This document shows positions 26,684-41,433 of a DNA stretch of 64,000 nucleotides, piece by piece; position 1 is the first letter of the stretch; each line of letters begins with the position of its first letter. The position numbers and the translations under genes are program-made. The stretch lies in NCBI GenBank assembly GCA_951406725.2, contig OX597819.1, positions 117,056,001 to 117,120,000 of the forward strand. The letters are read 5' to 3'. This stretch comes from Octopus vulgaris. Taxonomy: Eukaryota. A model generated the notes under the pieces. That model did no database searches. It saw nothing but the letters and a program-made list of their open reading frames with translations, and was not told the DNA's origin.

Positions 26684-27910
26684 AATACATATCGTCCTCG
26701 AAGTAGCTTGTGCCCGCGCCCTCCACCATCAACCACGCCTCCCTCAGAACGTAGTCAAGTTCCGAGTTCGCGTCGCCCGGGACCAAGTTATAATCTTCAT
26801 TGAGCTCCTTTAACCCTAGCGTCACGTCGAACGCCACGGCCTCCACAACTACCTGCGGAGGCCATTGTGAAGGCTAAAGGTGCTCCCTTGTAGTGCTCTT
26901 CCATCACTTTTTCAGTTTCTCCTCCTCTATAGAAGAGGACCAATACATTCATTCTTTCGTTGGCGGCACAGTTTCCGCCAACGGTATTCCTTCTCATGTC
27001 GGTGGCACAACCCCAACCGACGTAGTTCCGGGACATTCCGGTGTTACACTGACAACCGGTAATGTCCCGTTTTTCTTCCTCTTTTTCTTTTTTTTCCCTT
27101 TTCAACTGAGGGAGGGTGCGTCTCCTCCGTGGCTGGAAGATTCGCCTTCCTCTCCTCATCCCTATTATCTTTGGTGAGCACCCATTGTTGCTCACCTTCC
27201 TCTTTCGGCCTCTGTTTGAGGAGTTCTCTGCTTTCTCGGCCGTTATCGTTCCCTCTTCTAGAGGGGTTTTACTTAACTGTTCCGGGATCCTATTTTGTTC
27301 CCGAGGACAGTACTTCTTTATGTGGCCGGACTCCAAGCACCGATGACACTTAGGGGGGGCGACCCTCAAGCATTACCGGGTACCTGCACCCGGCCATTTT
27401 CAAAAAATCTGGAAGAACCAGATTGGCTGATTGGGTCCACAGGGTCAAAATTGCTTTCGACCCAACCCAAGCAGCCGCAGGAAGAACTTTTACATTGAGG
27501 AGCTTAGTTTCACTGTCACCCAGACCCCGGCGGATAGTCTCCTCTATCCACTCGGATTCTATGTCGGGTGGCAGTCCGCAGATCCAAGCTTTCATCAATT
27601 TCTTTTTTTTGTACGTGGGCAGGAATAAGATTTCCTTACCCTCCAAGGGTTTGCTAGCAAATTTGCAAGCCTCTTCAGGGGTGTCAAATAGCAACCACAC
27701 CGTTGCATATTTGACACCCCTGGAAATGAATTTAATTGTTGGCAAATACTCTTCCAACTCCTCCTCAATTGCCGTCTTTTCGAATAGGGCGATGGTGTCA
27801 AGTGCCTTGGAGTAGGTTCTCAACACCACCGTCCTATCTTCACGGTCTTTTAACCACTTTTTGGGTGGTATGATTTCCCACTCCAAAATTTTGTTATTTT
27901 TCATTGCCAT
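26679..27910 (-). pseudogene. L1/Tx1-type ORF1 (Gag-like) protein: RRM-like segments + CCHC zinc knuckle, frameshifted
   Basis: ORF 27910-27350 (VWLLFDTPEEA, WICGLPPDI, RYPVMLEGRPP) joins ORF 27369-26797 (KCHRCLESGHIKKYCP = CX2CX4HX4C) by removing one base from the G7 run at 27353-27359. A second probable shift near 26870 extends to ...YFEDDMYY* at 26679. Confidence 0.75.
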
Positions 27911-28646
27911 GTTTTTTTAAAAAATATATTCAAATTAAACTCAAAAGCAGGAAGAAAAAAGTTCAAAAGTCTAAATAAAATTTGATAGATTTTTGAAAAA
28001 AAACAAAAAGGAGAAAGCACAACAGAAGGGAAGAAATTAACGGAAAGTCGCAATAAAGAAAAAAACAAAAGGGGGGGGGGGGTTAAATGAAGTTCAAAAG
28101 AAAGTTAATAAACAGAAAAAACACAGCAAAAATATTCTGGCCTTGCGGTACTCCCGGCCTGGGTTGAACCTGGAACGCCGCAACTGCAACACAACCTCCA
28201 CAAAAATGGGTCCGAAAGGTAATCCAATAGTGGCTTATTTTTATACTTTTCTTGTGAAGTACTCTGACAAGGGAATAAATTCAGCAAACTCAAACACAGC
28301 ACTGGCTACTGCCAACGGTAATTTTAACAGTAACTGTATTGAATTCTGAGTATACGCCCCTCCACTGTTTTTTCTTTTTTTTTTTTTTTTCAATGAACAC
28401 AAAAACGGCAGCCGCCTAGCGCAGGCGAAATTGTCTCAGAGTTGGACACAACCTACTGAAATAATAATTGGCACGCAATAAATTATGCCCAACTCACAAT
28501 AAACAAAATCACTTACCTCGACAACTTTCCGTTTTTGGTCTTTTTTATTTAGTTGGACAGAGCTTGTTACTCACGTCCACTCTAGCTCAACAAGAAGCAA
28601 CCGACTAACTGCGCATGTCTGGTTAGCAAGCTACTTACCACACAGC

Positions 28647-28681
<35 letters not shown>

Positions 28682-28699
28682 ATGCATATATATATATAA

Positions 28700-29053
28700 A
28701 AAGAGTGAAGGAGTAAATACGCTGTTCGGTCACGAATGGCCTTGGGATTGACCCTAGAAGTTTTCTCTCCTTGGCACAGGTCCCAGCAAGTGTGTTTGCA
28801 GAAGGTCAGAAGTCTCTCGTGTATACCAGATTCCCCTCTGCATACCACCGATGTTATCCATGAGAAAGGTAAAGAACGATACCAGTGACTGGCACCAGTG
28901 ACGTCGCAACGCATTTCTGCATATGAGCGAACGGGAGAAACGTGAAATAAAATGTCTTGCACAAGAACAGAACTCATCGCCCCGTCCGCGAATGGAACTC
29001 ACAACCTCCGAATCGTAAGCTTCATGCTCTAACCTTCGAGCCAAGCGCCTTTA
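28700..29053 (-). mobile_element. Diverged tRNA-derived CORE-like SINE
   Basis: Head and core (28940-29053) resemble the reverse complement of 23655-23790; different 3' tail. Confidence 0.6.
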
Positions 29054-29088
29054 CATCTCTCTCCTGCCCCCTCTCCCTCCCTCTTTCA

Positions 29089-29159
<71 letters not shown>

Positions 29160-29232
29160 CATACACATATACATACATGTATATATATATATATGTATAA
29201 ATATATACATATATATATATATATACACACAC

Positions 29233-29264
<32 letters not shown>

Positions 29265-29297
29265 GCAGGTGTGTGCGTGTCTGTGTGTATTCATATG

Positions 29298-29353
<56 letters not shown>

Positions 29354-29419
29354 CATATCCTAGCATAGCAAAACACAAACCTTTAGACACTCATAGAACT
29401 AACAATCATATTTCTTTTT

Positions 29420-29607
29420 ATCGCAGCCATAAAGCCTAAAATTTAATTATATCGATCTCAGTGATGAACTGGTGCTTAATTTACCAATCCTGACAGAGCG
29501 AAAAGAAACGCCAATATCAACGCATATGAGCTGAGAACGTAAAGCCGGAACAAATGAGACTAAATAACTTTTCCGTCCCGTAAAGAATTCTGCCAGCTCG
29601 CTACCTT
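29420..29607 (-). mobile_element. MetaSINE-like SINE, highly diverged
   Basis: ttctgccagctcgctacctt head; actggtgcttaattt segment. Confidence 0.55.
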
Positions 29608-30728
29608 ATCTTTACATCCTAATGGCTATGCTTAGTTTAAATGGGGCAAGTTGAATGACATATAACCTGTGCTTATTTTCCACACCCACGTCTTTTTTTA
29701 GATTATTTCGTGTAATCAACACAGAAAGTAAATGATGCAAACGTTATTCCTTCGCCAACTACATGTCTGCAGACTGGTAGCTTCCGATTTTGCAACCTAA
29801 TTTTAGTCGATTTGTTTCACTCTCTGCTTAGAATTGGCTAAATGAACGGGAAGTGTATAGGGTCCTCTAAAAGTGACTATATTAATGCATTCAGCCAGGC
29901 TAGTGCGATAATAGTATGAGTATCGCAGCAATTTGTAATAATCAATTACTTGGGTAAATATAAATGGCTACTCAATATTTCAAATATGAATGGCGTTTTC
30001 CCAAATGAATTTCCGTTCGGATTTTATTACTGAGTAATAAAATTTTATTGTGAGATATATTCTTTCATTATTTGATGCTGTGAATCACAGTACGCCTGAT
30101 TAATCGGTCCGTTCTACTTAGCGAATACCATTGATATATCATGGTTATCTATGAATTGGATATTTATATGGTCATATCAGGCATACAGAGGAAGTTGCTG
30201 GCGGGATTAAAATTCATCAATGGAAGAGCGTAAAATTATAACCTGGCATTGTAAATTAGAATTTACGGTTCTATGGATGTATGTCTACTTTGGCTGTTAT
30301 ACTTTCTTCAAATGATTTCAATCATTACTTCATGAATCAATTATAAATAGAACGATGAAAAGTCATACCAATAGACTGAGTTTGTAACTGTTTAATGAGA
30401 TTGGGGAAGAACTACATTAAAAATATTACGATGACGAATTAATTTGTATATCACATCAATGGGCGTTGAATTGATCAATATTGAACGGCACCTACTCGTT
30501 CTGGAGTATTCCTAATTCCATTCAATTGCGTATTTAATAGTGTAACAGTACGTCGCTTGATAATGTTGCACCAAGTTCATTCACTCATACGTCTATATAT
30601 AAATGTATGTTTAAATATACATGTATAAATCACACATACATACATATTCATATTCATATACATATATACATATGCATATACAAACAGACATATGCATATG
30701 CATATACATACATATATATGTACACACT

Positions 30729-30784
<56 letters not shown>

Positions 30785-31705
30785 CATACATACATACATA
30801 CATACATACGTACATATACATATGTATGTATATATGCATATATGCATTTGTTAATAAGCTTATTGAATACAAATCCGAAATTTTTGAGAACTAAAGATTA
30901 ACCGAATATGAGCAGAAAATAATCACCCTGGTTAATTAAACAATTACATTAAAATAGATAAAACATCAAGTACAGAGATGGTAATGAAATCACAAGAAAT
31001 ATATACTTAAATAGATGCGACAAGGTTTAAACATTCTTCTCTATACAATTTAATGATATACACCAATACTCCCTACGTGATCCGTCAATATAAATACACC
31101 ATACTGATCTTTCTGACGTGACGTGTGAATTTGCTTGCGTCCAAAAATTCTAAGACCAGGATTCTCGAATGAAAACTACATAATATAGTATTTATATGAC
31201 TCTTCGTTGTATAGGAGAAGATACATGAATAATACATAAGTGATACATTTCATTTATATTTTCTTAAAATTTGCTTCTGAAGAAGACAATAATTTTATAT
31301 AAATCCAAATTATTAAAAGCACATTTGTCACTATTTATCATAACTGTGTTCCTAACTAGCGCAGGTGGTCGAATATGTAGGCATACTGAAAAAAGATACA
31401 GACATACATATATGCAAACATAAAAACAGAGAGCATACATTATCCAACATTGATATGATTTGAATTAGAAAAAAAATATACACAGTAGGAAGTATTGCAC
31501 GTTTATTGAAAGAATCTTAGTTCTGCCAAAGCAATGTGAGCCAGGTATGCACACGACAAATCCACCATATATTCTCGAAATAGGCGACAATGTTCTGTAA
31601 AAAGTTACCATGCTCACTCTCTTGCGTTCTACTAAGAAATATATTTCTTGAAAACGCAACCGAAAATCTTACTGGTAACACGAATAAATCACAACAACAA
31701 CAACA

Positions 31706-32568
<863 letters not shown>

Positions 32569-33361
32569 CCCAGCAATGGTTGAGAAGCTCAGGACTCAAA
32601 GCAGAAACAGAGGGATTTTTAATTGCAGCACAAGACCAAAGCCTTCCCACCAGAAATTACCAAAAACATGTAATGAAAAGAAATATTACAAGTAACTGCA
32701 GAATATGTGGAGATGGACAAGAAACAATAAATCATATTATCTCTAGCTGCCCAGTCCTGGCTAAGAAGGAATATATTCACAGACATGACAAAGTTGGAAC
32801 CTACATACATTGGAAGCTATGCCAACATTATGGAATAACAACAGAAAAAAGATGGTATAGGCATACACCAGAAAAGGTCACAGAAAACGAGAAAGCAACC
32901 ATACTCTGGGATATGCCGATACACACAGATAGAGAAATTAAGGCCAACAGACCAGATATAGTTGTCAGAGATCATGAAGAACAAAAATGCTTTCTAATTG
33001 ATGTATCGATACCGGCAGATGACAACGTGTCTCTAAAAGAAATGGAGAAACTCTCAAAATACAAAGACCTAGAAATAGAGGTAACCAGAATGTGGAATCT
33101 GAAAACAGAAACAATTCCTATCATAGTAGGTGCATTAGGCATGAAAAAAAAATATTCAGACAAATACATAAAAAAAAACACCAGGACTTACAAACACATA
33201 TAACATACAAAAAATTGCACTACTAGGCACTGCACACATCCTACGCAGAACACTTTCCATACAATAACCATCAGAGCATCACAACAAATCACAACACATA
33301 CCCAAGGCACACAGAGCTGCGCTCGGTAGTGAAGTGAAAGCACGCTATAAAAATAAAGCTA

Positions 33362-33364
<3 letters not shown>
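32569..33364 (+). mobile_element. R4/Dong-clade retrotransposon, 5'-truncated (family B): CCHC + RLE domain
   Basis: ORF 32580-33203: ETEGFLIAAQDQ, CRICGDGQETINHIISSC, RHD, RPDIV..LIDVS..EKLSKY. Frameshift in the A-run near 33170. AATAAA followed by (TAA)n. Confidence 0.92.
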
Positions 33365-33418
<54 letters not shown>

Positions 33419-33921
33419 TTACAACTCCCTATAAATATTTTAAATCTCCCGCAGAATAAAATAAGTTAGGAAACTTACATACCTACAGCTATCGAACACA
33501 CACACGGTCAGCTTAAAATACAAAAATAATATTTAATATCTACAACTAATATGCGACAACGTATCCTTTCCTCTTTTCCCGAGTATTCGAAAATGTAAAT
33601 ATCATCCTCCTTTCTATTCCAATAACACTATCATTTCTCCCTGTGCATATCTAGTAAATCTTAGAACTTCACTAACCAAAACTTGTTTTCTTTTCTGAGC
33701 ATTCGAAAATGTAAACATTATTCCCATTGCAAAAATGTTATTGTATTTTCCACATGGACATCTCAAGAATACTTAAAAACTTTAATATATTACTCAAACA
33801 GGTAAACACGTAAACTTTTATTGCAACAATACAATTGAATTCAGAAATTTAAAACATTATCGACGTGAATATCAGAAAATATGCGAGTGTGAATATACAT
33901 ATACGTATACATATGTGTATG

Positions 33922-33988
<67 letters not shown>

Positions 33989-34279
33989 TTCTTTCTCTCC
34001 CCACCATTAATTACAAATATAACAAGCTGAATTGCTTTTGAAGATACTAGTAAACATGTTTCACCTTTCCTGAGCCAAAATGTCCTTTGTCTCTTTGGCT
34101 GACCATTCCACCATCTGCTGAATCTATTTATAGACCTATAGAACATGACCTCTTTACCATGGCGATGGTGATAATGATAATAATAATAATAATAATTATA
34201 ATAAGCTACTGCTGTGACTACACATAAAACAATATCATTGATGATGATGATGACGGTGATGATAGTGGTGATGATAATT

Positions 34280-37200
34280 TTTTTTCGTCTTTTATTCTCA
34301 TTTTTCGAACGAATACAGTCAGAGTGAACCTTTCATTAGTTCAATAAAAAAAGGCAAAACTATGCTCGGAGATAAATCTATCAATAAAAAAAGTACAGAC
34401 GAATACAGATCTGCTAGCCTTAAGAAACTGCGCTACGAACAATGCTTACGTGCAGAGAATCCTAAACAGACAGATCCGTCTCTTAATGTAAGAGTCGAAG
34501 CTCGTCATGCTTCAATGTCAACAAAACAAACTACAAACCGCGATGGTCATCGAGCGGATTACAAAAGACCACGTACCCGAAAATTGAACCAAAGTCTGAT
34601 TGAAAAATCAGCTACTGGATCAAATCGTCCCAACACACAGGAGCTGGACGTACCCCACAACTGGAATATTCCAACAGATGGCCATCCATGCTCGTCAACA
34701 AACATTCAAAAGAAAAAGAAGGAAAAATGGACTAGTGAAGATAATAAAGAAGTTCTTGCGGCCTTCTACCATGCCATATATTTCCCCACAGATAAATCGA
34801 ACAGTATACAAACCTATATAAACTGGAGACAGAAACACCCTGAAGCAAGACCCGACATAGACAGTAACAAACTTGCCAACGTCAGAAGAAACATTATAAA
34901 ATAAAAATTACTGACTGAAGTAGAGATTGACCAAATTAGACACGCAGTAACGGATAGAATGAGCGAAGTTGCAGCTAAAGAAAATAATACAGAGGAAATA
35001 ATTATAGACCAGCTCAGAGCTGATAAAAACGAAGTAAAGATTGAAAGAGTTTGTATAAGTGATAGGCAAAGTGAAATATTCCCTGAACCAAACATAAACA
35101 CTAAGACAGATGAACATCAAATAGATGAAGAAAGTCACACAAATATTGACCCGACATGAGCTAAAAAGCCAAATCATGATTGAATGGCTGAAAATTAAAG
35201 AAACCAGTATGGATGTAAGTGATACACTCCCTAAAATCTGCAACTCTAAACAAAACATGAAAATGATCGGTTAAATCCGGCTTGCACTTAAGGATATAAT
35301 TTCAGCTAATGATATTGATATCACAGATCTCAACCACCTATACTATGCATCCGCGAAAATCTCAACGATCCTATGTGGTGAAAACATCAGAAAATGTTTA
35401 CAGGAAGGTAGGAAAAACACCAGTTACTGTAAAGTCTGTACCATCAAAAGAAGAAGTGGACTCCTTAGAAGAGCAAAAGTGGGACTGTGTCAAGGTAGAA
35501 GATATAAGATCTGCTCTCAGGAGGTCAAGCAAATGGAAGTCTCCTGGAAAGGATAAAATCCCTAACTTCTGGTCAAATGCCTTCCCAGAGAGCCATGAAC
35601 TGCTAACAGAACTTTACACTGATGTTTTGCAACACCCTAGTAAGATGCCTCCTTGGCTAGTTAATGGGTAAACATTCCTGCTTCCAAAAAGTGAAGAAAC
35701 AAATGAACCAAAAACCTATAGACCCATAACCTGCTTAACAAATATGTATAAAACATTAATATATGTCCTGACGGAATATACCTATAGTTTTTTGACAGAC
35801 AGCAGCATATTGCCTAATGAACGGAAATGATCTAAATGTGGATCCTACGTATGTAAATATCAACTACTCATCAATAAGATGATCTTAGAAGATCGTCACA
35901 AACGACACAAAAACTTATCAATAGCCTGGATAGACTATAAAAAGGCTTTTGATAGCCTACCACATAGCTGGTTTAAGAAATGCCTAGAAATGTATAAGAT
36001 AGCACCTACTCTGCGAAACTTTTTGTCTGTAAGTATGAGATCATAGAGAACCACACTAACTCTGAACAGTGACAATGAATCCCTAAATGCTGGTGATGTA
36101 AAAATTTCGTGTGGCATTTTCCAGGGTGACTCACTATCACCACTCCTCCTCTGTTTAGCCTTAATACCTCTCTCAAAACTGCTCAATGACGCGCAGTACG
36201 GATATAAAATGTATGATAAAAATATAAATCCTCTCATTTAAATGGATGATTTAAAGCTCTTTGCAAAAATGACCAACAACTCAAGGGCTTCCTAGCGATT
36301 GTCAAACAACTCAGTGATGACATCAGAATGCAATTTGGCCTCGATAAATGTGCAAAAGCTACCTTTATCAAAGGAAAAACAACATAAACATCTAACGTGA
36401 ACCTTGACCAGCAGAATGTCATAAAATAATTAGACCCAGCAGAGAACTATAAGTATCTAGGGGCAATTGAAGGAGACGGAATAAGGCATTCAGAGATGAA
36501 GGAAATGATCAGGAGAGAATGTTATCGCAGAGAAAGAGCAATACTCAAGACAGAGCTGAATGCGAGAAACAAGATCGAAGCGATCAATGCATTAGCCATA
36601 CCAGTCGTGACTTACAGTTTCAATATCGTTAACTGGTCAATTACTGAAATACGTAATCTTGACAGAAAAATACGAAAACTGTTGACAATGCATAGAATGC
36701 ACCACCCTAAGGCAGATACAGAACGACTTTATATGCCAAAAAAAGAGGGAAGCCGTGGACTTTTACAACTGTCAATAACAATGAAGATTGCTACAATTGG
36801 CCTAGACACCTACCTGAAAAAACTCTGAGGACTGGATGTTAATACTTGTCTCAAAACATGAAAACAAGAAAGCATCATACTCAGTAACAAAACAGGCAAA
36901 GGAATATCTAAGTGAATTCCGAATACAACAAATTTTGGAATTAGAGATAGATATACAAGAAACAGGCACAGAAAAAGCTAAGCGCATGAAAACCCGTGCT
37001 AAATCTGCGGCCTTAGATATTCTGAATGATAAATGGCAAGAAAAACCTCTCTATGGCAAATACCCAAAGAGAGCGAATAATGCAGATGTTGACAAAGCCC
37101 TGACCCATCAATGGCTAATGGCTTCTGGCTTAAAATCTGAAACAGAGGGGTTTATCATAGCAGCTCAAGATCAATGCCTACCAACAAGAAACTACCAGGC

Positions 37201-37435
37201 CAACATATTAAAGATCGGCAGTAGCCCAACATGCCGTGTATGTCAGCAAGAAAATGAAACTATTGATCATGCGGTCTCCAAGTGCAGTCTTCTAGCGCCT
37301 ACAGGGTATCTCAACAGGTGTGATAGAGCTGCACAATATATTCACTGGGTAATCTGCAAAAACCTGGATTTGCCCCATGAAAAAAACTGGTGGGAACACA
37401 AACCACCCCCAGTGTTTGAAAATGACCACATCTCA
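34280..37435 (+). mobile_element. R4/Dong-clade retrotransposon, long decayed copy (family A), 3'-truncated
   Basis: N-terminal KWTSEDN..NKLANVRRNI. RT motifs KSPGKDKI, YRPITCL, AWIDYKKAFDSLPH, GIFQGDSLSPL, MDDLKLF, YKYLG. CRVCQQENETIDHAVSKC knuckle. Many stops and frameshifts. 5' boundary approximate. Confidence 0.92.
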
Positions 37436-37436
37436 A

Positions 37437-37513
<77 letters not shown>

Positions 37514-37521
37514 TGATGATG

Positions 37522-37585
<64 letters not shown>

Positions 37586-37588
37586 GAA

Positions 37589-37619
<31 letters not shown>

Positions 37620-37631
37620 GAGAAGAAGAAG
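37437..37631. repeat. Compound (TAA)n/(TGA)n/(GAA)n array
   Basis: Seen directly. Confidence 0.95.
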
Positions 37632-37721
37632 AATCTTTTAGGTATAAAGCCTGAAATATTGGGAGGAGAACACTCGGTTACTGAATTCATTGAGCCCCGA
37701 ACTTATGGATGATAATAATAA

Positions 37722-39540
37722 GCATGGCCAAGGGGAATACACGTCTACTAAACTATATCTAACAACATCAACTTGAAACGAGGAATCTTTCAAGGTGACT
37801 CCTTCATTCCGTTACCCTTTTGAATGGCATTGATACTCCTCTCAAAGGAACTGAGTAACACCAGGTATGGTTTAAAAGTGTATAATAGTATAGTAAATCA
37901 TGTGTTTTTTTTATGGACGATCTGAAGCTGTTTGCTAGAAATCACGAGGAACTAGTAGGGCTGTTAACAACTGTTAAAGCGTTCAGCAATGACATCCGAT
38001 CGTATTTGGGACTTGATAATAGTGCTAAAGCAACTTTTGCAAGAGGCAAGCTGAAGCCAACAGCTTCCATTAAATTAGATACCGATACAACCACCAAAGA
38101 GCTTAACCCACAAGAAAGCTATAAATAGCTGGGGATAAACATGCTGCAATGATGAAAAAATAAGAAAGGTGCCTTACAGGACAGTAAGATTCATAGTAAA
38201 ATGAATCCATTAAAACCCTGACACTTCCAATGATCCTATATTGTTTTAGCATCATTAAATGGAAGCTTATAGAACTCCAACGCCTAGAAAGGAAGAAAAG
38301 AAAACTACTAACATCTAAGAATATGCACCTCCCAAAAGGAGATGTTGGTCGTCTGTACCTACCTAGTAGTAGTCGAGTAAGAAGAATCTTGATGGTAGAA
38401 CAGTGCTATAGGACCTCCACAATAGTGATGAACAAGTACATATCTAATACAGAGGACTGGGTGCTACGACTTTTGTGCAAACACGGAAACAGTAAAAAAA
38501 AATCACATTCTACAGGCAAGGAAGCTTGCAAACCGCGCGAGGGAACTCGGGTTTAACCCTGATATGGATGAACAAAATGAAAACTGCCACCAAAGAAGTA
38601 AAACTGATCTGCAAGTAAGAACGGGCAGAAACAAATTGAGGAGCTGTAGAGCCAAAACACATTTTGTGGGTAGTATATACATCGAAGCCAAAATCCATCA
38701 GTGGCTGAGAAGCTCAGGACTGAAAGCAGAGACTGAAAGTTCCATATTAGCGGCACAAGATCAAAGCTTGCTTACCAAAACTACCAGGCTAACGTTCTGC
38801 AAAACGGTTCTGACCCTAAATGCAGATACTACGATAAAGTTGACGAAAGAGTAGTCCATCTCGTCTCGAAATGTCCTGTGCTGAAACCAAACTAATACAA
38901 AAATCACCACGAAAGGGTAGGTCAGTATTTACATTGGAAAATATGTAAACACTACAAAATGAACAATCTTGTTTTCTGGTACGATCATCATCTTGAGCTA
39001 GTCGTTGAAGGTAAAAATGTCACTATCTTTGGGATTTTCCAGTCAATGCGGAGAGAACGATCCGGGCTATTTGACCTGAGACACTCATTAAAGATTGAGA
39101 ATAATATACTTATAGAGTAATAGATGTATGCGTTCCCATTGATAAAAATATATCTGTAAAGGAATTTGACAAATTACGCAAATATTAAGGGCAGGAATTT
39201 GAAGTACAAAAGATGAGATACCTTAAAGCGAGGATTGTTCTTCGTGTTGTGGGTGCCCTAGGTATGATAAGAAGTGGATGTAAGAAACATCTACATAATA
39301 TCCCAGGAGAAGGTCATGTCCCAGAGAAAAACTAAAAGATTGTGCTGACAAGTACTGCCCACATCCTTAGAAAAACCCTATCAATATAAATGTTTATGTT
39401 ATATTACATGAAGATATTTCGCTACTGCCCCTGCCACGACCCCTCCTAAAGCTTTCAGTCATACTGTAACACTTCTTATCTTTCACTCGCCCTAAGACGC
39501 TGGGCGAGTCTCAGCAAGTGTATGTAACAAACATGCTGAT
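37722..39540 (+). mobile_element. R4/Dong-clade retrotransposon, old 5'-truncated copy (family C)
   Basis: RGIFQGDS, FMDDLKLF, RLYLP, QWLRSSGLKAETE..AAQDQ, degenerate RLE, TAHILRKTLSI*. Followed by (TAC)n(TAA)n. Confidence 0.85.
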
Positions 39541-39550
39541 TAGAAGTAAA

Positions 39551-39618
<68 letters not shown>

Positions 39619-39640
39619 ATAATAATAATAATAATAATAA

Positions 39641-39764
39641 TTGATACCAGCAGATGACAACGTTTCTCTAAAAGAAATGGAAAAACTTTCAAAATACAAA
39701 GACCTGGAAATAGAGGTAACTCGAATGTGGAATCTAAAAACAGAAACAATTCCTATCATAGTAA
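39641..39764 (+). mobile_element. Short internal fragment of family B R4/Dong element
   Basis: Near-identical to ~33008-33129 (IPADDNVSLKEMEKLSKYKDLEIEVTRMWNLKTETIPIIV). Begins right after (TAA)n. Confidence 0.85.
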
Positions 39765-41016
39765 GCTCGAGGAAAATTATGCTAACAAAATGATTATTAT
39801 TGCAAATATGATGTTGATAAAAAATCTTCTGATGGATGTTGCGGGTCTAGCTGACTAAAACACGTCGCTAAAACCCTTTTAGGAATTGAACAAATATGAT
39901 GACCTCGGTATAGAATTTAGAATTTAGAAGAATTGGGCATCTGAAAGCACCAATATTGCCTGTTTATTGAGGCCTTTGCTATGTTATCAAGACTAGCTAA
40001 TGAATATGATGGTCACATTCATGATAGCACAAGGATAAGTAAATTGCAAAATATATTTATGTATACCTTATTTGTCTTATTTAAATTCCTCTCCCAGTAC
40101 ATATATTCTTGCTTATTCATGTTTATTATATATTGTATGAGTAGATTAATTTTATATCACAAAGGCATCTGTTTCAATTGCATTTCAACTCATTGGTTTG
40201 CATGTTTAGATGCCAAAATTTGTTGTCCTTTGACATTTCTGATTAAGAATTGCGAGCAATTGCTCCAAATTAAACCTATAGAAAAACACAACAACAATAA
40301 CAACAACAACAACAGCAACAACAACAATGAAAATAATAGTAATAATAATTTACGCCATAGATAAAATGACGAAAATAATTTTTGTTAAGTATGTGGTAAT
40401 TTTAGAAGTTTTATATGTGCATTGTAATTTTATCAGTAAAATTATTCGAATGAGTATTATATCACTTTCCATTCCTTTGGTAAAAAAAAACCCAAAAAAA
40501 AACTTGCGTTTGAAACGACCTCCTATGAAATAAACTAATCAAGGAATGCATGACAAAATAGAATTTTCAGAGTTCTAAATATAAAATACTTTGCAGAAAA
40601 ACAAATCTTCATGTGAGAGTATTTTTTTCTTGAATAAAAGCATTTCAAATTTTGAAGAATCAAAGTATCGAATTCATTTGATCTTTGGATGCGCTGAAAT
40701 GTTGTTTGTGCGTGTATGTGTGTGTAAGTGTGTATGTTTACGTGTATGCTTTAGAGCGAGCATGTATGTATATTCATGTATATTACAGTGTGTATGTCTA
40801 TATTTATATGTGTGTTTTTAAGTGTGCATGTTTGCATTCGAATTAGTGTGCATGTATTTGAGAATGTATGAGTATTTATTTGAAAGAAAATGTCAGAGTT
40901 ATAACAAGCTATTTTTGTGGAACCTGATGATATAAATTCAGTTGATTCCTATGAACATAATATATGTTTATTGAAATCTTCTATTAGTTTTCACTGAAAT
41001 GATGAGAGACTCGTGT

Positions 41017-41063
<47 letters not shown>

Positions 41064-41160
41064 TAAGGATAAGATCGTTATTTAAAATAACGATTATATC
41101 AGGTCGCTATATTTTAGATACACTTAACTATGATTTTAATAATAATAATTATACATCCAT

Positions 41161-41224
<64 letters not shown>

Positions 41225-41378
41225 AATCTTTTGCGTAATAAGATAAAAAGCCATGGGTGTATAGATATTAGAGCATTTATATGTAGAATGCCTGACAGCT
41301 GTTTCTAGGATATTAATTAATAATATCCCTTCATCGGAGATGGTGTGAGAGGAAAAATTAAGTCATAGTTAGTACCAG

Positions 41379-41433
<55 letters not shown>

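Larger units (their letters stand above)
26381..28619 (-). mobile_element. ORF1-only (HAL1-like) non-autonomous retroelement, 2239 bp
   Basis: Perfect 17-bp TSD tggttagcaagctactt at 26364-26380 and 28620-28636. No TIRs or LTRs. 3' end ...ttttgaaata|aa forms AATAAA at the junction. Single ORF1-like coding region. Confidence 0.8.
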
